Origin: Armatimonadota bacterium
GTDB lineage: Bacteria > Armatimonadota > Zipacnadia > Zipacnadales > UBA5352
DNA: 19,403 nt
Reading direction: 5' to 3'
Assembly (NCBI GenBank): GCA_034722055.1
Contig: JAYENL010000295.1
Location: 1 to 19,403, forward strand
The number at the start of each line of letters is the position of its first letter. Position 1 is the stretch's first letter. The position numbers and the translations under genes were made by a program. Of this stretch, positions 7,629 through 15,493 are shown piece by piece. Under the pieces are notes generated by a model. The model was not told the origin of the DNA. It worked only from the letters and a program-made list of their open reading frames with translations, and searched no databases.

Positions 7629-9065
7629 CTACCCCGCATCCGGGCCGATGCACCACAGCTTCTCGTAGCCGCGCACATACATGCGGTCTCCGTCGAAGAC
7701 CGGCGTGCTGCGGACCGTGTCGCCGAGCTGATTGCGGGCGACCTCCACGAACTCGCCGCCGGGCTCGAAGATCACCGTGGTGCCGTTCTCGTGGGTGGCG
7801 AAGAGCAAATCACCCGCCAGCACGATGCTGGCGAAGACGTCGCCCTTCCCCATCTGCAGGTCCTGCTCGTAGACGATCTCGCCCGTCTCCGCGTCGAGGC
7901 AGGAGAGCACGTTGTGGCGGGTGACGGCGTAGATCAGCCCATCCTCGACGATTGGGGACGCGTAGTAGCGGTTCTTGTTGGGCTCGGCCTCCCACAGCAG
8001 CTCGGGCTCGAACGGGCTCTCCGCGGTCTCGGGCAGGCGGTAGGCGCGGCTGATGGCGTCGCCGCCCTGGTTGTCGATGTAGTAGAGCACGCCATCCTCC
8101 ACCATCGGCTCCGAGCCCCACTCCAGCTTGCCCAGGCCGCTGGCGATGATCTCACCGTCCTCGGCACGCACGACATCGCCCTTGCAGGTGAAGATGAGCG
8201 TCTCGCCGCCGATCTCCTGCACCCACGGCGTGCCCCAGCTCCAAGCGGCCTCCGGCTGCGCCCATATCTCCTCCCCGGTCGCGGGATCGAGCGCCCGGAG
8301 GTGGTTGATGTGCACTACCAGCTTCCCATCCGCCATCACGGGCGTGGTGGCGAGCCCGTAGTCGTGGGGGTGCTTCTCGATGAAGCGCCCCCACACGCGG
8401 TTGCCCTCCATGTCGTAGCAGGCGGCGATCCCGTTGCCGTAGATCACCCACACATGCTGGCCGTCGCTGATAGGGGTGGGCGTGCTGTAGCCATTGTAGC
8501 CGTGTGCGGGCGGGCGCACGTACCAGGTCTCAGCGAGGGGCTTGATCTGCGCCTGAAGCTGCTGCTGCTTCTGGCGCAGCTCTCTGAACTGCGCCTTCAG
8601 ATCCTCGTTGGACTGATCGTCCTGAAGCTGCTTCTTGACCTTGCGGAGCTCAGCGTTGACCTTTCCCAGCTCTCCCCGAAGCCGGTTGAACTCCTGTGTC
8701 TTGTCCTCAAGGTCCGCGACCTCATCGGGCGGCGCGACGTCCGCCGGCTCGTTGGAGGCCTGCCACCGGATCACACCGCTGCCCACGTCAACACACAGCA
8801 GCAGCGCCGGCTCCGAGCACGTGTAAAGCCTGTCGCCGACGATGATCGGCAGGGAGTTGGAGCTGCCCGGCATCTCCGTGGCCCACACCACGTTCTCGTC
8901 CGGCGACCAGGTGATCACCGGGCTCGCGTCAGGATACTCCCCCGTCCCGTCCGTGCGCCAGCCGACGTAGTCGTCGGCGGCCGCCGGCACCAGCGTCACT
9001 GCGACGAGAAGCCCCAGGAGCGCCTGGAGCGGGCCTGCAAGGCCAGAAAGCCATCCGTCCGCCAT
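7629..9065 (-). CDS. Secreted PQQ-like (BamB/AfsK-type) beta-propeller protein with a coiled-coil insertion
   Basis: Signal peptide ending VPAAA; WRTDGTG, W...NVVW.TEMPG..NS.PIIVGD, repeated xxPxxxDG and DxxTGExxW blades; helical K/Q/E/L-rich insert at about 8550-8720. ATG 9065 is best spaced from GGAGG; alternatives are 9071 and 9074. Confidence 0.85.
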   Translation of the reverse strand: MADGWLSGLAGPLQALLGLLVAVTLVPAAADDYVGWRTDGTGEYPDASPVITWSPDENVVWATEMPGSSNSLPIIVGDRLYTCSEPALLLCVDVGSGVIRWQASNEPADVAPPDEVADLEDKTQEFNRLRGELGKVNAELRKVKKQLQDDQSNEDLKAQFRELRQKQQQLQAQIKPLAETWYVRPPAHGYNGYSTPTPISDGQHVWVIYGNGIAACYDMEGNRVWGRFIEKHPHDYGLATTPVMADGKLVVHINHLRALDPATGEEIWAQPEAAWSWGTPWVQEIGGETLIFTCKGDVVRAEDGEIIASGLGKLEWGSEPMVEDGVLYYIDNQGGDAISRAYRLPETAESPFEPELLWEAEPNKNRYYASPIVEDGLIYAVTRHNVLSCLDAETGEIVYEQDLQMGKGDVFASIVLAGDLLFATHENGTTVIFEPGGEFVEVARNQLGDTVRSTPVFDGDRMYVRGYEKLWCIGPDAG

Positions 9066-9138
9066 CCCCATCATCCTCCCGCCATAGTGCGGGCGCCGTC
9101 TGGCGGCGCCCGGGCTGCATCAGGTCTACCACTTGCGC

Positions 9139-10953
9139 CTATTGACACCGGAGTGCTGACGAAGGTTCTGTGCCCGGCGGTCGCATCCGGGCCGAAAACG
9201 CCTCGCGCGCCCGTCCCAGCGCCTCCACCGTCCAGGCCACCGGGTAGAGGTCCTCAGCATACCACAGGGCGGCGAAGTAGAGGCCGATCGGCGTCGGCTC
9301 CGTCCAGGACCCATCCTTCACGCGTCGGAGCAGATACGTTACGCCCGTCTCCAGCGCCGGCTGCACATCGCGAGTAGCCGTGAAGCGGGTCAGCGCGCTG
9401 ACCGCCACCGCCGTCTCCTCCATGCTGCTGCGCACACCGGCGGCGCCGCCCCAGCCGCCATCCTCGTTCTGCGCTCGGAGCAGATACTGCACGCCACGCC
9501 GGGCGGCGTCATCATCAGCGCGGCCGCAGTCTCCCCAGGCCGCCAGCACCCGGGCGGTCCCGAAGACGGGGTTGCGCTGCCCCGGCGCCTCCTGGTTGCC
9601 GAACCACAGCGGCACCCAGGAGCCGTCCTCCCGCTGCGTGGCCTCCAGGTAGCGGAAGCCCTGCCGGCCGACCCTCCTGAGGTTGGCGCCGATCAGCCCT
9701 GCCAGCCTCGATTCCTCGCCGCTGTTGACCATCCCCAGCAGCGCATTGTGCGCTCGCAGGGCGTGCCCCGTGATGTCAGGCGAGCTCTGGTCGAAGGGCA
9801 GCCGGCCCCACCCCTGGCAGAAGGTGGGCCAGCCGCCATCGAGATTGTGGAGCCCGACGAGCCAGAAGCCGCCCGCCATCGCGGCCTGCTGCTCGCCCAT
9901 CGCGGCCATCAGGAGCACCGCGCCCGCGGTGTCGTCCGCGTCGGGCACTCCGCCCGAGAGGTGCGTCCAGGCCCATCCGCCCGGCGCCGCGCCAGTGAAG
10001 GGGTGCACCTCGGAGTGCTGCTGCTCCAGGAGCCAGCGGCGCGCGCTCCCGGCCAGCCCGGGTGGGATGCCGCCCGAGTGGCGCAGGGCCTGCAGGGCGT
10101 TGGTGGTGACCCACACGGAGAGGTTCGTGTCGATCGGCCAGCTTCCGTCCTCCCGCGCGGTGTCGCGCAGGAACTGCAGGGATCGCTGCACGACGCCGTC
10201 CTCCGCCCCCAGCACGGGAATCAGACTCATCGCCACGAAGCCCGTCAGCGGGGCGGCCTCCAGAAAGCCGCCGTGTTCGGGCTGCAGCTCCGGCAGCCTT
10301 CCCAGCGCCCGACCCAGTGTCAGCGAGCGCATGAGACGGGTGAGCGGGTTGAGCGGCGGGCTGTGACGGTGGATGACCGCCCCGACGGCGATCAATGCCG
10401 GCAGGGCGTAGCTGACCACCTGCAGCCGCAGAAGCCGGTGCCATGAGCGCGGCAGCGCGGCCAGCTCCACCGGCAGCGACGGGACCTGGCTCCAGGGCAC
10501 CAGCCCGGCCAGGGCACAGGCCGCCAGGACGGGAGCCGCGAAGGTCCGGTCCTCACCATAGCGCCGGGTCACGGCCCCGACGATCTCCTCCGGCCGCTCG
10601 CCCGCGACGTCCGCAACATGCTCCCGCGCCTGCGCAAGCGCCTGGCCCTCCGCATCCGCTACTGTGAGGGCGCAGATCGACAGCAGCGTGGCCGCGATGT
10701 TGGAGGGGCTGTCGGGCGTGTCGCCCCAGCCGCCGTCCGCATTCTGCGTCCGCTGCAGCCAGCGAACGGCGGCCTCAACCAGCTCTCGGTCCTCGTCCCG
10801 GCCGGCCATCCGCAAGGCCATGGCGGCCGTTGCGGTGGAGACCGCCGAGGATGACAGGCGCCCCTCCCACCACGATCCGCCGGCGCGCAGGGACAGGAGG
10901 TGCTCGCGCGTGGCGTCGATGGCGGCCTCCAGGCGGTCGGGGTCAATGCTCAT
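9139..10953 (-). CDS. Squalene-hopene cyclase-like class II terpene cyclase
   Basis: 604 aa from ATG 10953 (ATGA overlap). WEGRLSSS, QW repeats QNADGGWG, REDGSWP, HNLDGGWP, QREDGSW, QNEDGGWG; GGWAW followed by the catalytic PDADDTA (DxDD); C-terminal LWY.EDLYP. Confidence 0.88.
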   Translation of the reverse strand: MSIDPDRLEAAIDATREHLLSLRAGGSWWEGRLSSSAVSTATAAMALRMAGRDEDRELVEAAVRWLQRTQNADGGWGDTPDSPSNIAATLLSICALTVADAEGQALAQAREHVADVAGERPEEIVGAVTRRYGEDRTFAAPVLAACALAGLVPWSQVPSLPVELAALPRSWHRLLRLQVVSYALPALIAVGAVIHRHSPPLNPLTRLMRSLTLGRALGRLPELQPEHGGFLEAAPLTGFVAMSLIPVLGAEDGVVQRSLQFLRDTAREDGSWPIDTNLSVWVTTNALQALRHSGGIPPGLAGSARRWLLEQQHSEVHPFTGAAPGGWAWTHLSGGVPDADDTAGAVLLMAAMGEQQAAMAGGFWLVGLHNLDGGWPTFCQGWGRLPFDQSSPDITGHALRAHNALLGMVNSGEESRLAGLIGANLRRVGRQGFRYLEATQREDGSWVPLWFGNQEAPGQRNPVFGTARVLAAWGDCGRADDDAARRGVQYLLRAQNEDGGWGGAAGVRSSMEETAVAVSALTRFTATRDVQPALETGVTYLLRRVKDGSWTEPTPIGLYFAALWYAEDLYPVAWTVEALGRAREAFSARMRPPGTEPSSALRCQ

Positions 10954-12440
10954 CGCGACGCCCGCCAGGCGTGCCAGGCGAAGAGGGCCTTCCACCGCAC
11001 GACCTGCCCCCGGCCCAGAAGCTGCAGCAGGAGCCTGCGGCCCACGGGGACGCCGGCGGCACGCTGGTTGTCCCAGAACATGCGAGGGACCTCGCGGAAG
11101 CTCACGTCGTAGCAGCGCTCGATGAGCCGCCAGTGCAGGGGCGCCAGGTCGCGGCGCGTGGGCGTCGGGCTTCCGTCAATGGGCGCATACAGCACCGGGA
11201 AGATCATCAACGGCTCGTGCGCGATCTCCTCGACCCACTCCAGGTTGCGCCGCACGTGCTCGGGACGCTCCCCGGGCATGCGCATCATGAGGCTGGCCAT
11301 GGGCATGAAGCCGGCCGCGATCAGCCGCCGAAGCTGATGGGCGCAGAACTCGCCCCACTGAGCCGGCTCCACGTCGCCGAGCTTGGCGGCGCCGCTGCGC
11401 GCCAGCAGCTCCCCGTCCGCCGACTCCACGCCGAGGTTGATCCACGGATGCGTGCAGCCGGTGTCGCCGACCATGAGCTGTCGGACCTCGCGCAGCTCGT
11501 CGTCGGAGTAGCCGCCGACGCTGATGACATTGGCGTGATCGGTCTGGATCAGCCCCACGCCCTTCACCCGGCGCATTCGCCGCAGAAGATCGATGAGGGC
11601 CTGGGGATCGACATTCCGGGCGGAGCCGCCGTAGCGCAGCATGTCCTCGCTGATGGTGCTCACGCCGGTGAGGCCCGCCGCCAGGTTCCTCTGCAGGTCC
11701 GCCAGAATTGTCTCCTCCGGGAGGTGCCGCATGGGCACCGGGCCCATGGTGCAGTAGTCGCAGCCCATCCCGCAGCCGCGCGACAGCTCCACCACGCCCA
11801 TGGTGGCCGGCCCGCGGATGGCAGGGATGTCCGCCGACCCCACGCCTCGGCCCTCCATGACGGCGGGAAGCTCCTCGCGGTCGGTGATGCTGCGGAACAG
11901 CTCCGACACGTTCCCCTCCACCTGGCCGGTCACGAGGTGGTCAACGCCCAGCTCCCGGCGCAGGCCCTGGTCGGCCACGAGCTGCCAGGCTCCGGGGCCG
12001 CCAATTACGACCCGAGCCTGAGGCGCCTGCTGCCTCAAGCGCGCAATGCGCGCCATCAGCTCGCGCACCAGCCGCCGGGCGTAGATCTCTCCGCCGGCGA
12101 TGGCGGTCATGGTCGTGGAGCTCATGCCCAGCCCGCAGGCCTCGCCGGCGCTGACCGCGATGATGCGCGTGTCCGGGCCGACGTGCTCCGAGAGGCGGGT
12201 GGGATGCACCACCACCACATCATCATCCGCGAAGCCGTCCGAGAGCAGGGACGCCTCCACGCGCCGGAGGCCCATGGGCGCCAGGCAGGTCTGCGGCGTG
12301 GGGGCCAGCAGGCGGTCGAGGATCGGCCGCGGCGTGGTTGTGGTCTGGCTGGCCGCCAGCATCCCGGCGAACAGCGTGCGGTGATCCGCCATCAGGATGC
12401 GGTCCGCGGTGAGTACGATGGGCGTGCCACGACGCCTCAC
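10950..12440 (-). CDS. B12-binding-domain / radical SAM protein
   Basis: 496 aa from GTG 12440 (GTGA overlap with the ferredoxin stop). VELSRGCGMGCDYC (CxxxCxxC), N-terminal B12-binding-like region (APMGLRRVEASL...RVVIGGPGAW...GQVEG), and LGVESAD. Confidence 0.9.
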   Translation of the reverse strand: MRRRGTPIVLTADRILMADHRTLFAGMLAASQTTTTPRPILDRLLAPTPQTCLAPMGLRRVEASLLSDGFADDDVVVVHPTRLSEHVGPDTRIIAVSAGEACGLGMSSTTMTAIAGGEIYARRLVRELMARIARLRQQAPQARVVIGGPGAWQLVADQGLRRELGVDHLVTGQVEGNVSELFRSITDREELPAVMEGRGVGSADIPAIRGPATMGVVELSRGCGMGCDYCTMGPVPMRHLPEETILADLQRNLAAGLTGVSTISEDMLRYGGSARNVDPQALIDLLRRMRRVKGVGLIQTDHANVISVGGYSDDELREVRQLMVGDTGCTHPWINLGVESADGELLARSGAAKLGDVEPAQWGEFCAHQLRRLIAAGFMPMASLMMRMPGERPEHVRRNLEWVEEIAHEPLMIFPVLYAPIDGSPTPTRRDLAPLHWRLIERCYDVSFREVPRMFWDNQRAAGVPVGRRLLLQLLGRGQVVRWKALFAWHAWRASR

Positions 12441-13303
12441 CGGCCGCCACCCCCCGGTCCCCGCTGGCCGGTGGCGCGGTCCAGGGCGTCGATGAGCGCG
12501 TCGATCTCGGCGTGGACCGTGGACTCCTCCTCGCACTCGCCGGCGGCCTCTGTAGCGCGGCCACACTCCTCACAGATGACCGCGCCGGCGCGGGCGAACG
12601 CGGCGTCCTCCGCACCGGGGACCTCGCCGCACACCGGGCATCGGCGGCCGGTGCGCACGTAGAACATCCGCCGCGCCGCAGCGTCGGGCTCCATGCATGT
12701 GCCCGGCGCGCCGGCGATGGCCGGCTCGTCGCACAGCGGAAACATAATGGCCCCGTGGGGGCAGATGCGGGCGCAGGCGGGGCAGCCAGGCTTACACAGG
12801 TCCGGGCTCGTCGCCACCACCCGAGCCGCCTTGTCCCTCTCGTAGACGCCGAAGAGGCAGAACTGCAGACAGTGCCCGCAGCTCGTGCATTGCGATCGGT
12901 CCAGGACCGGATACCACCGTGCAGGGGTCTCGTCCTCGATCTCGCGGAGCCGCCCCTCACCCTCGGCCGGGCCCAGGGCCTCGCTGATGGCAGAAAGCGC
13001 CTCGCCCGCTGATTCCGCCGCGCCGAGGTCGATAGCGCAGCGAAGCTCACCCTGCACGCCGCGGTCGCGCAGCACGCACTCTGCCGGCCGGGGATGCAGC
13101 CAGGAGGCGACCGCCAGCGGACCCTCGAGGGAGCGTAGCTCCGGCCAGACGGCGCTGTGCTCAGTCAGATGATAGAGGTGCGGAATCAGGATCACGTCAC
13201 GGCCGGCGCTGCGGCACCGTGACGCGATGTGGTCCTCCAGGACCCTCCGGTCGGGATGCTCTCCGCGATGCCGGGACACGATCACCGTCGGCCTCTCCGC
13301 CAC
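12437..13303 (-). CDS. 4Fe-4S dicluster ferredoxin-domain protein with an extra CxxC..CxxC module
   Basis: 288 aa: WYPVLDRSQCTSCGHCLQFCLFGVY, CKPGCPACARICPHGAIMFP, then CPVCG...CEECG and an acidic C-terminal helix EIDALIDALD. Confidence 0.85.
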   Translation of the reverse strand: MAERPTVIVSRHRGEHPDRRVLEDHIASRCRSAGRDVILIPHLYHLTEHSAVWPELRSLEGPLAVASWLHPRPAECVLRDRGVQGELRCAIDLGAAESAGEALSAISEALGPAEGEGRLREIEDETPARWYPVLDRSQCTSCGHCLQFCLFGVYERDKAARVVATSPDLCKPGCPACARICPHGAIMFPLCDEPAIAGAPGTCMEPDAAARRMFYVRTGRRCPVCGEVPGAEDAAFARAGAVICEECGRATEAAGECEEESTVHAEIDALIDALDRATGQRGPGGGGR

Positions 13304-13375
13304 AACCTGTCACCCCACCGATCTCCTCACACGCGATAGCTGCCACGCCGCGATCGCCGGCGCGACGGTGCACAC

Positions 13376-13404
13376 ACAATACCGCGAGCGGACGCTTTTG
13401 TCCA
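13376..13404 (-). promoter_or_regulatory. sigma70-type promoter of the minus-strand terpenoid operon
   Basis: On the minus strand: TGGACA (13404-13399), 17 nt spacer, TATTGT (13381-13376), about 70 nt upstream of GTG 13303. Confidence 0.6.
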
Positions 13405-13558
13405 GCCACCCCTCGCACGTCGGTCCGTGCGACGCCGAGCGCGTCGTCATACCTCACCACGCCGATGAACTATGCGCACAGCCATCGCGTCACCATGTGT
13501 ACTGGACCGGCTCTGCGCGAGGGCGCCGGCTTCCCAGCATGGAAAGGGTCGGTGGGCC

Positions 13559-13693
13559 CGTACGGAGGTCGGGCGTCCCTGCGCCCGACGCGGGCCGAGA
13601 GGCCCGCATTCGTTGGGATGCCTTCGCAGGCCCGGTCGAACGAGAGTCGCGCTTCGCGCGACGGCTGGCCTAGGCAGGCCGGCGCTCCGTACG
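13559..13693. repeat. Multi-branched palindromic element between the divergent promoters
   Basis: Closing IR CGTACGGAG (13559-13567) / CTCCGTACG (13685-13693) encloses hairpins 13568-13589 (8 bp), 13590-13607 (7 bp, GAGA loop), 13646-13662 (7 bp) and 13664-13683 (8 bp with one G-U). Confidence 0.65.
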
Positions 13694-13817
13694 ACGCTGA
13701 GCCAACGTCAACCGGGCTGTGGCCGCGGAAAGAGCCGCCAAGGCGCCTCCGGGCGCCCTTGGCCGGCGTTCTGCCGACACTGCGGATGCGCGCCCCAGGA
13801 CGGCTGCAGCCTGCAGC

Positions 13818-13846
13818 TTGACGGGCTGACGCGCCCGGAATACTAT
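13818..13846 (+). promoter_or_regulatory. sigma70-type promoter of the plus-strand Fe-S/propeller operon
   Basis: TTGACG (13818-13823), 17 nt spacer, TACTAT (13841-13846); GAGG RBS and ATG 13886 follow. Confidence 0.75.
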
Positions 13847-13885
13847 GTCGCACAACCGCTCCCATCTCGGGCCCCCGAGGAATCC

Positions 13886-15493
13886 ATGGGGAACAGCACT
13901 AGCCAGGACAAGCGTCTGCCCCATCGCCGCGTCCCGTCCACGGTCGAGGACGAGCAAGACGGGGTCGAGGCTCCGTCAGGGACGGGGCCAGCGGAGAGCC
14001 CGAAGAGCAGTGGAACTGCACACACGCTGGCGATCGCAATCCCCGCAGTGCTCGGCTTCATCGGCGCAGTCTTGATCGGCCTGTGGCTGCTCAGCGACAG
14101 ACAGCCGGTGGGGGTGGAGCCCCGGACGCCGCAGGAGCACACGCCGGCGGCCAGAGCGCAGGGGCAGCCCGCCCCCAGCCCGGCGGCGGCCACCGACCAG
14201 CCGGCGGGCGGAGAGGGCGGCACCGGTCAAGCTGCCGGCGCGCAGCCCGGTCAGCGCCGGGCTCAGGCGAGCACCACGCAGGCGTCCGGCCCGGCTCCGG
14301 CTACCACGCAGGGCGGCGGGAGGTGGCCGTGGTTCCGGGGCGTCGGCCGCGACGCCATCGCTGACGAGGAGGTGGGGCTGGCACGAAGCTGGCCGGAGGG
14401 CGGCCCGCGCAAGCTCTGGTCAAAAAAGATGCTGGGGCCCGGCCACGCCGGCGCCGCCATCCTGGGCGGTCGCGTTTATGTACTCGACTACGACCTCGGG
14501 GCCCGTGCCGACGTGCTGCGCTGCATGTCGCTGCAGGACGGCAGCGACATCTGGAAGCAGTCCTACGCCGTGCAGATCAAGGACAACCACGGCATCTCTC
14601 GCACCGTGCCCGCCGTGACCGAGCAGTTCGTGGTCTCCCTCGGCCCCATGGGGCACGTCACCTGCGCGCGCGCTGACAGCGGCGAGATCATCTGGCAGAT
14701 CGACCTGAAGCAGAAGTACGGCACCAAGATCCCGGGATGGTACGCCGGCCAGTGCCCGCTGATCGATGACGGGAAGGCTATCGTGGCACCGGGCGGCCAG
14801 GCCCTCATGATCGCAGTGGATTGCGCCTCCGGCCAGGTGGTGTGGCAGACGCCCAATCCGCGGGGGTGGCAGATGACGCACACATCCGTCATGCCGTGCA
14901 CTCTGGGCGGCCGGAAGGTCTACGTCTACACCGCCAGCGGCGGCATCGTGGGCGTGTCCCCCAGCGACGGCTCCCTGCTGTGGGAACAGCCGGGGTGGAG
15001 CGTCAACACGGCCAACGTGCCCAGCCCACTTCCGGTGGGTAATGACCGCCTGTTCATCACCGGCGGCTATGGCGCCGGCAGCATGCTGCTCAGCCTCGCA
15101 GGCGGCAGTCCCAGCGAGGTCTGGCGGATCCCGCAGAAGGTCTTCGGCTCCCATCAGCACACGCCTATCTACTACCGGGATCACATCTTCGGCGTCAGCA
15201 TGGACCAGCAGCTCGTGTGCCTGAACCTGCAGGGCGAGCGGGTGTGGAGCAGTGGCCACACCAACACCCTCGGCATCGGGCCCTACATCATTGCCGAGGG
15301 CCTCATCTACGCCCTCAACGGCAACGACGGGACCCTGGTGATGGCGGAGGCCAGCACCTCCGGGTACAAGGAGCTGGCGCGGGCGAAGGTCCTGCCGGGA
15401 ACGAACGCCTGGGGGCCGATGGCCCTGGCCGGCGGCAAGCTCATCTGCCGCGACCGGACCACGATGGTCTGTCTGGATGTGAAGAACCCCTGA
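13886..15493 (+). CDS. Membrane-anchored PQQ-like beta-propeller protein
   Basis: 535 aa from ATG 13886: one TM helix (LAIAIPAVLGFIGAVLIGLWLL), A/P/G/Q linker, WPWFRG, W..GGPRKLW, multiple PQQ-type blades, and a C-terminal WGPMALAGGKLICRD...CLD. The ORF-track start at 13472 is an over-extension. Confidence 0.88.
   Translation: MGNSTSQDKRLPHRRVPSTVEDEQDGVEAPSGTGPAESPKSSGTAHTLAIAIPAVLGFIGAVLIGLWLLSDRQPVGVEPRTPQEHTPAARAQGQPAPSPAAATDQPAGGEGGTGQAAGAQPGQRRAQASTTQASGPAPATTQGGGRWPWFRGVGRDAIADEEVGLARSWPEGGPRKLWSKKMLGPGHAGAAILGGRVYVLDYDLGARADVLRCMSLQDGSDIWKQSYAVQIKDNHGISRTVPAVTEQFVVSLGPMGHVTCARADSGEIIWQIDLKQKYGTKIPGWYAGQCPLIDDGKAIVAPGGQALMIAVDCASGQVVWQTPNPRGWQMTHTSVMPCTLGGRKVYVYTASGGIVGVSPSDGSLLWEQPGWSVNTANVPSPLPVGNDRLFITGGYGAGSMLLSLAGGSPSEVWRIPQKVFGSHQHTPIYYRDHIFGVSMDQQLVCLNLQGERVWSSGHTNTLGIGPYIIAEGLIYALNGNDGTLVMAEASTSGYKELARAKVLPGTNAWGPMALAGGKLICRDRTTMVCLDVKNP

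Noticed and set aside
6699..9377. 892-aa plus-strand ORF
   Set aside because: It is an antisense shadow of the polyprenyl synthase, propeller and cyclase genes. It has no motifs, and long stop-free antisense frames are expected at this GC content.
9139..12440. Canonical hopanoid (hpn) cluster call
   Set aside because: No hpnC/D/E, hpnG, hpnH or hpnN is recognisable, and the partner genes differ from known hpn loci.
10830..12662. 610-aa plus-strand ORF
   Set aside because: It is antisense to the radical SAM gene, has an R/A/G/H-rich composition and contains no recognisable domain.
13472..13885. N-terminal extension of the 673-aa ORF
   Set aside because: It runs through the palindromic element and a good promoter; the RBS and ATG at 13886 mark the likely start.
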